64,000 nucleotides of DNA. Source: Candidatus Heimdallarchaeum aukensis (GTDB taxonomy: Archaea; Asgardarchaeota; Heimdallarchaeia; Heimdallarchaeales; Heimdallarchaeaceae). Below the pieces are notes generated by a model. The model was not told the DNA's origin, did not search any database, and saw nothing but the letters and a program-made list of their open reading frames with translations. Below, one piece after another: positions 56,864 to 64,000 of this stretch. How positions within the stretch are numbered: the stretch's first letter is position 1; each line of letters opens with the position of its first letter. The translations under genes were made by a program, and so were the position numbers. Location: the NCBI GenBank assembly GCA_021513695.1, contig CP084166.1, forward strand, positions 2,400,001-2,464,000, given 5' to 3'.

Positions 56864-56876
56864 TTCAAAATCTATT
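56864..56876. promoter_or_regulatory. Solitary copy (TTCAAAATCTATT) of the 56147-56190 repeat motif in the promoter region of the Rad50-like operon
   Basis: 13/13 identity to the phase-shifted repeat unit. Immediately follows TATA-like TTTAAAT (56857-56863) and ends 21 nt before the TTG at 56897. Confidence 0.4.
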
Positions 56877-56896
56877 TAAGTGAAAATGCATTCTTT

Positions 56897-57166
56897 TTGT
56901 TAGTACAATTGGTGAGTAAAGTGGATAGTTCTGATTCTTCTATTATAGTTGAAAAAATTAAAAAAGAAATAAATAGTTATGAATCTTCGAGGGCGAAAGG
57001 AAAAAAACTTATTTTTGAGAAATCTACTCCTGAACTTCTAAATAGTTTAGTACAGTTTCTAAATGATTTTTTTGATAAGTATTCTAAAACAGAAAAAGTA
57101 GAAGAAATTAACGAATTTGTCGATCATCTATATTCTACATTAAGGTGGAAGAAAAATGATTACTAG
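56897..57166 (+). CDS. Small helical protein, first gene of the Rad50-like/PIN operon
   Basis: 89-aa ORF. No ATG is available (TTG 56897; alternatives TTG 56909, GTG 56912, GTG 56921). Its last 11 nt overlap the ATG of the next gene. Confidence 0.45.
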   Translation: MLVQLVSKVDSSDSSIIVEKIKKEINSYESSRAKGKKLIFEKSTPELLNSLVQFLNDFFDKYSKTEKVEEINEFVDHLYSTLRWKKNDY

Positions 57167-58982
57167 TGTAAGCGTGAAAAATTGGAAAAAGTTTGATCAA
57201 CAAAAAGAATGGACTTTTGATAAAGGAATCCAACTTATTTATGGTCCTAACACAAGCGGTAAATCTTCTCTCCTCGAAGCTATCTATTTTGCTTTTTTTG
57301 GAGTAAATGAGAAGGTAGATGGAAACCCTACTTATAATTCGAATGAATCTGCAATTGTAACTGTTGATTTCATCTCTGATACTGGAGATAAGTATAGAAT
57401 AATCAGGAGTTATAAGAAAATTAAAAGAAAAGAAGAATCTTTTACACTTTACAAATTGGTTGATGGAAAAGAGGAGTTTTTCTCTGAAAACCCTCAAGAT
57501 GCAATTAAACTCTACGGAAAATTTGAAGATATTTTTACTCACATAATTTTTCTAAAAGAAGGAGAAATATACAGAACGCTATCGCGGATGAAAAGTAACT
57601 TAGATGAAGAACTATCCTATTTGTTGAACTTACAACGATTTGACGTTCTTCGTGAGAAATTGAGAGAAACAAGACTTAAGGTAATTAAGAAACAGAAAGA
57701 AAGTGTAAAGAAAGATCCAGCGTATTTGTCTGAAAAAGAGATAAACGAGTTTAAAGAGAAGTTGCATAGTCTAAATAATGAAAAAGAGAAGTTGGAAGGA
57801 AAGAAAAAGAAAGTAATCCACGATAAGAAACTTGCTGAGAAAAGATTTTCATTAAATAAAAAGTTGAAAGAGCTTGATTCTGAAAAACAAAAATATGGTG
57901 AAACAATAAAAAATATTAGAACCAAGTATGAAAATAAAGAATCTTTGATTGATTTTTTGAACAATGAAATTGCGGTATTAGAAAATAAAAATGAACAGTT
58001 AGATATAAAATGTTCTAAACTTAGCAGCGAAAAAGCTGAAAAAGAAGGAGAAAAAAGGAGACTAAATAAATTAATTAATGAAATTAACTCATTCAAATCT
58101 TCTGGAACTACCACATGTCCTACTTGTTATCAAAAAGTCGACCCTATGATTCTTCAAGAAGCTATTGAGGGTTTCAGCAAAAAAGTTAAAGATTTAGAAA
58201 ATGCATTGTTTCAACTTAATTCTTCCATAAATGAAATTAATGAAGAAAAGAGAATAATCTCTCAAAAGATAAGGGAAATTAAAGAAGACTTATTTGATCT
58301 TGAAAATGCTAAAAAAGGAATCAGTTTCATTCAACAGGAGATAAATGAGATAAACAATTATCTAAACTCACTTCCCCACACTGAAAATATTGAAAATTAT
58401 TCAATGCAGATAGAAGATCTAGAAGACGAAATAAGTAACATTAATGTGGAAATAAGAACAGTAGAGAAAAAGTTGAGTTCAAGTAAACAAGAAGGGATAA
58501 TGATTGACGAGTTAGAATTTCAAGAAAAGTTTATTGAATTAGTTGAAAATAAACTGAGTGAATATAAAGATGAGTTGCTTGAAAGAAAATTAAATGAAAT
58601 TAAAGGAGTAATAAAAGAAAAATGGGCAGAAATATGGGATAAAGAAATTTGGTCCATAGAATTTGATGACAATTTAGTTCCTACAATTAGCTTTAAGTAT
58701 AAAGGAACAACTATTCAACAAAATTTGCGCAGTTTTTCAGCGAGTGAAAAAATACTTTTAAGTGTCATTTTACGCGCTGCTTTAATTGATAAACTTTTAA
58801 GCGTAAAAACAATGATTCTAGATGACCCCTCAATCTTTTTAGACCAAGAAAGTGTTAAAATTGCTGCTCGATTCTATCGTGAACTTATAGATAATAAACA
58901 TGTGGATCAGATAATTATGACCACATTTGATGAATCTTTCAAAGAATTATTAAAACCTGAAAAAGTGATAAACCTTGAGTAA
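57156..58982 (+). CDS. Mini-Rad50/SbcC-like ABC ATPase with long coiled coil and central CxxC zinc hook
   Basis: N-terminus VKNWKKF...IQLIYGPNTSGKSSLLEAIYFAFFG (Walker A at aa 30-37). About 400 aa of K/E/L/N heptad-rich sequence. CPTC at aa 321-324 of 608 (nt 58116-58127). C-terminal FSASEK (signature-like), TMILDDPSIFLD (Walker B/D-loop) and IIMTTFD (H-loop position without His). Confidence 0.75.
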   Translation: MITSVSVKNWKKFDQQKEWTFDKGIQLIYGPNTSGKSSLLEAIYFAFFGVNEKVDGNPTYNSNESAIVTVDFISDTGDKYRIIRSYKKIKRKEESFTLYKLVDGKEEFFSENPQDAIKLYGKFEDIFTHIIFLKEGEIYRTLSRMKSNLDEELSYLLNLQRFDVLREKLRETRLKVIKKQKESVKKDPAYLSEKEINEFKEKLHSLNNEKEKLEGKKKKVIHDKKLAEKRFSLNKKLKELDSEKQKYGETIKNIRTKYENKESLIDFLNNEIAVLENKNEQLDIKCSKLSSEKAEKEGEKRRLNKLINEINSFKSSGTTTCPTCYQKVDPMILQEAIEGFSKKVKDLENALFQLNSSINEINEEKRIISQKIREIKEDLFDLENAKKGISFIQQEINEINNYLNSLPHTENIENYSMQIEDLEDEISNINVEIRTVEKKLSSSKQEGIMIDELEFQEKFIELVENKLSEYKDELLERKLNEIKGVIKEKWAEIWDKEIWSIEFDDNLVPTISFKYKGTTIQQNLRSFSASEKILLSVILRAALIDKLLSVKTMILDDPSIFLDQESVKIAARFYRELIDNKHVDQIIMTTFDESFKELLKPEKVINLE

Positions 58983-60579
58983 AACTAAATTTTTATTCGT
59001 TTTTGACACTTCTTTTTTTTGGTCTCTTTTAAATGTTAATCGGCATCAATTGATCCAAGATATTAAAGAAGTATTTGACTATGTTCCAAATATTCAATAT
59101 ATTGCTCCCAAAGTGATTTTAAAGGAACTATCTGGAAAATATAAAGATAAATGTCCTTTTCTAGAGCGGCATATTCAATTTACAGACATTGAAATTACAG
59201 AGGAGGAATTAAAAGAACTTAAAAAATTGAATAGTTCCTTGCCTAATCATGCATTTGAGAGAAAGGAAAAAGGTGATTACATAATAATTAACACTGCAAA
59301 AAAGTATGATGATTCAGAAGCAGTCAAATTTGTTGTAAGTAATGACGAGGGAATTCATCTGTTTCTTGATCAAGCTATCCCAGAAGAGAAAATAAAACCA
59401 ATCTGGGTAGCTAGATTTTTATCCTTTTTAGCCAAACAATCCTTAACTAAAAACCAAAAACGAAGGTTTACTCAAGCATCTGAAATGCTAGAAGAATATA
59501 TTGATACTTATCGTATAAAATCAAAGAGAGGAGAAACACCCTTTTACGATATAGAAAAAATACTAATGTCAGCTAAATTTTTACCTGCTGAAGAACAAAT
59601 TAATAGATTGCAAGAAGCTCTAGAAAATCAGATAATTACAGGAGAAAAAAGTGATACACTTCCTTCTTTTATTAATCAAATAGGCTCAAAACTGCATCAA
59701 ATCTTTTCCTATATAGATTTAGGTGAAACAAATGTTATTGAATCTCAACTCGAATCTGTAGAAGTAATAATTATGAATTTAAGTTTAGAGCAACGAGAGA
59801 CAGTTTACAAAATTATCAGTTTTTACCTGATTACAATTTTAAATCGGTTAGCTTCAATTTATGACCAAAATGGAGCTTTTTCTGGAATTGTTTCTGCATT
59901 AGAAAGAGCAAAGTTTTACTTAAAATATGTTGATGAATATGAAGACAAAAGTCAACTTTATGCAATTTTAAGTTGGATACACCTATTAAATAATTCAAAC
60001 GATTTATCACGGTATTATTTTTCAAAGGTAACAGATAAAAACTTTGAACTAGCAAAGAAACTAACAGCGTTGTTGGAACTGTATGATACTCCATTGGCAA
60101 AGATCGATACAAGATTGTATGAACTAGTTCCATCAGAAACTTGGAAAAACCTTAACGAAACACTAGCTATCTGTCCCAATAGACTACTACGAGAGAAAAT
60201 AGCCTATATTGTGAATACCTTTGAAATAAAACCCTCATTTGTTTTTGATGCAAGGCATTTTAATTTAAAAAATATGGAAATAAAAGAAAACTCTTTGCTT
60301 TCATTTCTAAAAGAGCAGTTTAGAATATTGAATATAATAAAAAAAGAAAGTTCAGTAGTAATTGAGTGTCATGACAGTAAAATAGGTCAAATTGAACTTC
60401 GTTTGCCTATCATCAGGACTATACTTAAAGTGTCACCTGGTGATTTAATAAGCTTTAGAGGGGGAACAATAGCAAAAATAAAGAAACCAAGTCCTGGAAA
60501 AAAACATTCTGCAACAATATATTTCAGTAAATTAGAAGAAGATGATTGTATTATTTCAAAAGATAGTAAACTGATTTAG
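58975..60579 (+). CDS. PIN-domain protein with large uncharacterised C-terminal region, third gene of the operon
   Basis: TTG start overlaps the ATPase stop (TTGAGTAA). The first ~130 aa carry the four PIN acidic positions in canonical contexts: FVFD11TSFF, VILKE51LSG, KGD101YIIINTAKK, FVVSND124EGI. The remaining ~400 aa are helical, then beta-rich, with no recognisable family. Confidence 0.6.
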   Translation: MSKTKFLFVFDTSFFWSLLNVNRHQLIQDIKEVFDYVPNIQYIAPKVILKELSGKYKDKCPFLERHIQFTDIEITEEELKELKKLNSSLPNHAFERKEKGDYIIINTAKKYDDSEAVKFVVSNDEGIHLFLDQAIPEEKIKPIWVARFLSFLAKQSLTKNQKRRFTQASEMLEEYIDTYRIKSKRGETPFYDIEKILMSAKFLPAEEQINRLQEALENQIITGEKSDTLPSFINQIGSKLHQIFSYIDLGETNVIESQLESVEVIIMNLSLEQRETVYKIISFYLITILNRLASIYDQNGAFSGIVSALERAKFYLKYVDEYEDKSQLYAILSWIHLLNNSNDLSRYYFSKVTDKNFELAKKLTALLELYDTPLAKIDTRLYELVPSETWKNLNETLAICPNRLLREKIAYIVNTFEIKPSFVFDARHFNLKNMEIKENSLLSFLKEQFRILNIIKKESSVVIECHDSKIGQIELRLPIIRTILKVSPGDLISFRGGTIAKIKKPSPGKKHSATIYFSKLEEDDCIISKDSKLI

Positions 60580-60732
60580 CATTGTTTCTATTCATTCACT
60601 ATCGAATTATTTTACTTTGGAAAGAATAAGATGTAATGCAATAAATTATGCAGACTTAAAAAATAACATGCGTGTTTGCAATCATTTAAAATATACTTAT
60701 ATACTCTCTTTAAAAGAACACATGATGCATAT

Positions 60733-63075
60733 ATGCGGATAAAAGTTAGGAATATATTATTAATCTTTTTAATAGTTGTTGGAAGTATATACGTTTCCAA
60801 CATAGCAAATTCTAATATTGAAGGAACAAATATTATAATAACGGAAGTATTATATGATGCTCCTAATTCTGATTCGACTGAAGAGTGGATAGAATTATAC
60901 AACCCTACAGATCAAATTATTTCTATAGACAATTGGATAATTGAAGACAATTATGACTCTTTTACTCTTACAGGAACTTTAGATGCCTATGGATATTTTG
61001 TTATTGCTAAACAATCCTCTGCGTTCAATAGTTTATACGGCTTTAACCCTGATTTGGATGGGATGACGTTAGCTTTGAGTAACTCTGGAGATCAAGTAAG
61101 ACTCAGTGATAATACAGGAGCTGAAGTAGATTTTGTGGCTTGGGAAAATTATGTAAGCGGATGGTCTGTTTCTGCAGTAGATGCTACAATCAGAAGAATA
61201 ACAGCAACAGATACTGATTCTGGTTCTGATTGGGAAAATAGTGGCAGTTTGGGTGATCCTGGAACAGGAAGTTATAGTTCGGGGGGAGAAGATACCACCC
61301 CTCCTACAGTCACTATTACAAGTCCAATAGATGGAGCTACAGTCTATGGGACTGTTCAAATAACTGTTGATGCCACGGATGCAAATGGTATCTCAAGTTA
61401 TGAGATCTACATCGATAATGTTCTAAGAGCTACTTCGTCTTCTTATTCTTGGGATACAACGGTAGAAGAAGATGGAAGCCACACGATCGTTGCTAAAGCC
61501 CAAGACCCATCTGGAAATTGGGGTGAAGATACTATTACCGTTAACGTCGACAACACGAACCCTCCTCCTTCTCCTCCAAGTGATTATGCTAAAATAATGA
61601 CATATAATATAGAACAGAGTGGACTTGATCCAGATTGGAAACAAGTAGTAAAAGAAGAAAATCCCGATATTGTTATTTTCGTAGAAACAGGAACTTGGGA
61701 TGATAACAATAACGAGCTTCTAAATCAGTATGTTAATGAGTTTAATAGTTATTTTGTCGATGAAGCACCCTATGTAGGATATACAGCTCAGGATATAACT
61801 TATTCTACAAGTGGAGAAGCAATAATGAGCAGATATCCCATAATAGAGAATACTCAGATACCAATTGTATCATTAGATGATGGTTCCAGTTATGATGTTA
61901 CCCATGATTTTATGTCGTGGAAGGTAAATATCAGTGGAACACCAGTATATATTATTGGTGCTCATCTTAAGGCAAGCTCAGGCTCTGATAATGAATGGAG
62001 AAGAGAACGTGAACAAGAAGGAATCATTAATTATATGGATAGTTTGGGAGAAGTACCTATAATCTACATGGGTGATCTTAACTCTTTTTCTCCAGAAGAT
62101 ACAGGAGACTTAGCACCTTTAGGAGATTTAGGTTATGGTCCAATGACAATGACTATTTGGCCTGATGATCCAACTTATGGACAATATTCTTCGCAAAATC
62201 ATCTTTTCACTGATGTTTTCAGAACCCTCAATCCTACAGAACCAGGATACACCTATGGACACCAAGATCCTCAATACAAATCAAGAATCGATTATATAGT
62301 AGTGAATGATCACTTGGATGACTTCTTAATCAATTCAACCGTGGGAGATACACCTACAGCTGATACTGGTTCTGATCATTACTGTGTGGATATGTTCATT
62401 GATGTTGCAGCTCTTAATAATGGTGCTCCACCTGATACAACTCCACCTGCAAAGGTTACAGATCTAACTGCTACGCCCATTAGTTCCTCTCAAATTGATT
62501 TATCTTGGACCGCAAACACTGAAGGAGATCTAAGCTACTATAAAATTTATAGAGATGGAGTATTTATTGCTCAAACAACTACAACAGATTACAGTGATAC
62601 AGGATTAGAACCTTCTACAACTTATACATATGAGGTTTCTGCAGTAGATACAAGCAATAACGAAGGAGTGAAATCTGACCCTGTTTCTGCTACAACGGAT
62701 TCAGTAACAACAGAAACAATACATGTAGATAGTATTGTAACAGGACTGTATGTTGGTAGAAAAGATCCTGTTTTTACTGAAACAAATTCCTTCCAGCCTA
62801 AAGATATAGTGATAATACGTGTAAAAATAGTTGATTCCAATGGTATAGCTGTTGAAGGAGTCTCTGTAACTATAACAATTACTGACTCTGAAGGAGATGT
62901 AGTAACACTAACATCAACAACTGACAGCCAAGGTATCGCAGAGTTTTCCTACAGATTAAGTCCAAGAGCTCCTCTAGGTACATATACAATAAATGTAACT
63001 GATGTAAGCTTAAGTGGATATACTTATGATCCTACAGCAAATGTAGTTTCAAGTGTTGATTTTACAGTTAGTTAA
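60733..63075 (+). CDS. Secreted multidomain nuclease/phosphatase: lamin-tail domain, Ig-like, endonuclease/exonuclease/phosphatase (EEP), fibronectin-III and Ig-like domains (ExeM/NucH-like)
   Basis: Signal anchor MRIKVRNILLIFLIVVGSIYVSNIANS. LTD pattern IIITEVLYDAPNSDSTEEWIELYNPT...ISIDNWIIED...LSNSGDQVRLSDNTGAEVDFVAW. EEP motifs IMTYNIEQSG, FVETG, MGDLNS, RIDYIVVN, GSDHYCV. FN3 PPAKVTDLTATPISSSQIDLSW...YKIYRDG...TYTYEVSAVD. ATG at 60733 preferred over the track start at 60676. Confidence 0.8.
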   Translation: MRIKVRNILLIFLIVVGSIYVSNIANSNIEGTNIIITEVLYDAPNSDSTEEWIELYNPTDQIISIDNWIIEDNYDSFTLTGTLDAYGYFVIAKQSSAFNSLYGFNPDLDGMTLALSNSGDQVRLSDNTGAEVDFVAWENYVSGWSVSAVDATIRRITATDTDSGSDWENSGSLGDPGTGSYSSGGEDTTPPTVTITSPIDGATVYGTVQITVDATDANGISSYEIYIDNVLRATSSSYSWDTTVEEDGSHTIVAKAQDPSGNWGEDTITVNVDNTNPPPSPPSDYAKIMTYNIEQSGLDPDWKQVVKEENPDIVIFVETGTWDDNNNELLNQYVNEFNSYFVDEAPYVGYTAQDITYSTSGEAIMSRYPIIENTQIPIVSLDDGSSYDVTHDFMSWKVNISGTPVYIIGAHLKASSGSDNEWRREREQEGIINYMDSLGEVPIIYMGDLNSFSPEDTGDLAPLGDLGYGPMTMTIWPDDPTYGQYSSQNHLFTDVFRTLNPTEPGYTYGHQDPQYKSRIDYIVVNDHLDDFLINSTVGDTPTADTGSDHYCVDMFIDVAALNNGAPPDTTPPAKVTDLTATPISSSQIDLSWTANTEGDLSYYKIYRDGVFIAQTTTTDYSDTGLEPSTTYTYEVSAVDTSNNEGVKSDPVSATTDSVTTETIHVDSIVTGLYVGRKDPVFTETNSFQPKDIVIIRVKIVDSNGIAVEGVSVTITITDSEGDVVTLTSTTDSQGIAEFSYRLSPRAPLGTYTINVTDVSLSGYTYDPTANVVSSVDFTVS

Positions 63076-63217
63076 AGATATTCCCCTTTTTTCTTTTTTA
63101 TTATTTAGCAGAATTTGCTGAAGAATATGCTCAAATTTAAAAATTTGAAACCCACTTTCTTGATTACCTTCAAATTTGTACAGTAAAATATTTAGATTAT
63201 AAAACAAGAGAAATTTT

Positions 63218-64000
63218 ATGGTTTCAATAACATTTTATGGTGCAATTAATGAAATAGGTGGAAATAAAATTCTTATAGAAGGAACCGAGACAAGAGTTTT
63301 CCTAGATTTTGGATTATGTTTTAATCGCTACGGGAATTATTTTTCGCCATATATTACTCCTCGACAAGGATTAAAATTAAAAGATTTTATAGAATTAAAG
63401 CTTTTACCTGATCTTGAAGGTTTATACAGACAAGATTTTGAACAACGTTTTCGAGAAAGTTCTAAAGAACCATTATTTGATGGTGTAGTGCTTTCTCATC
63501 CACATATTGATCATGCAGGATTTATTCCTTTTATACGTTCTGACATTCCTTTTTATGCTTCTGAGGGCTCATTAGCTATACTAAAGGCAATAGAACAGAC
63601 AAGTCAAGGATTTTACGAATTTTTAAAACTTAAAGAGAAGTTCAAAATAAGAGAAAGTAAAAGAGAAAAAGGTAAATATGTACGAGATAAAGATTCAAGT
63701 GTTCAAAGAGAAATTACTACTTTTAAATCAAGTTTTAAAATAGGTGAGTTCACCTTTCATCCTTTTTCTGTTGATCATTCTATTGTTGGTGCAACAGCTT
63801 ATGTAATTGAAACCTCTGAAGGAGCAGTTGTTTATACTGGAGATATACGTTTTCATGGAAGAAAATATGACTTAAGTTGGAAGTTTGTAGAAGAAGCAAG
63901 TAAATATGATCCAATCCTAATGATAACGGAAGGAACAAGAATTCACGAACAGACAACTGTGACAGAACTGCAACTAGAAGATAATTTAAAACGTATAATT
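63218..64000 (+). CDS. MBL-fold hydrolase, RNase J / beta-CASP-like N-terminal part (runs off the right edge)
   Basis: Not in ORF track because there is no stop in the window. ATG at 63218, open to the window end. MVSITFYGAINEIGGNKILIEGTETRVFLDFG... then VVLSHPHIDHAGFIPF (HxHxDH) and a later SVDHS / YTGDIRFHG context. Confidence 0.6.
   Translation, partial: MVSITFYGAINEIGGNKILIEGTETRVFLDFGLCFNRYGNYFSPYITPRQGLKLKDFIELKLLPDLEGLYRQDFEQRFRESSKEPLFDGVVLSHPHIDHAGFIPFIRSDIPFYASEGSLAILKAIEQTSQGFYEFLKLKEKFKIRESKREKGKYVRDKDSSVQREITTFKSSFKIGEFTFHPFSVDHSIVGATAYVIETSEGAVVYTGDIRFHGRKYDLSWKFVEEASKYDPILMITEGTRIHEQTTVTELQLEDNLKRII

Noticed and set aside
57135-58114. Two minus-strand ORFs (135 aa and 165 aa) inside the Rad50-like ATPase gene
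   Set aside because: These are Ser/Phe/Leu-rich antisense shadows of the Lys/Glu-rich coiled-coil coding sequence. The same explanation applies to 19449..19847, 20004..20424, 24136..24456, 24706..25485 and 11650..12048.

Overview
The window is AT-rich and densely coding. It reads as an archaeal chromosome segment with an Asgard (Lokiarchaeia-like) flavour; that assignment is inference from gene content, because no search was possible.

Archaeal markers:
- type-2 IPP isomerase
- CDP-alcohol phosphatidyltransferase
- split class-I fumarate hydratase
- crenarchaeal-type OB-fold SSB
- DRG-type GTPase
- NEMF/RqcH homolog
- TFS-like zinc ribbon

Eukaryote-like signature proteins:
- a Rab-like small GTPase translationally coupled to a coiled-coil partner
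- Roadblock/longin-like domains, one type fused to a 7TM module in two tandem paralogs
- a V4R/TRAPP-like protein
- two AN1-zinc-finger::M50 protease fusions
- a lamin-tail-domain nuclease

Housekeeping and catabolic genes include cytoplasmic GH2, GH3 and GH31 glycosidases, fhs, merA, nikR, Sir2, a DEAD-box helicase, an SPFH protein and an HPS-like protein.

Mobile and decaying DNA:
- One intact IS6-like element (8184-8945) has perfect 16-bp inverted repeats and a 9-bp target duplication. It sits between nikR and a membrane-protein gene.
- One secreted-protein gene (306-2180) is decaying, with two in-frame nonsense codons and a GC-rich structured insert-like island.

The most system-like novelty is at 56.1-60.6 kb. 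An AT-rich gene-poor stretch carries four perfect 11-bp tandem repeats, and a solitary copy of the same motif lies at the promoter of a tightly overlapping three-gene operon. That operon encodes an 89-aa protein, a 608-aa mini-Rad50-like ABC ATPase with a central CPTC zinc hook, and a 534-aa PIN-domain protein. I read it as a candidate uncharacterised DNA-end-sensing or defence module with Lamassu/RloC-like logic.

A 44-aa CxxC-x17-CxxC zinc-ribbon gene is missing from the ORF track at 56281-56415 (minus strand). I saw no rRNA, tRNA or CRISPR array by eye. Several genes appear to start at TTG or GTG, and many neighbours overlap by a few nucleotides. All family calls come from motif and pattern recognition only.
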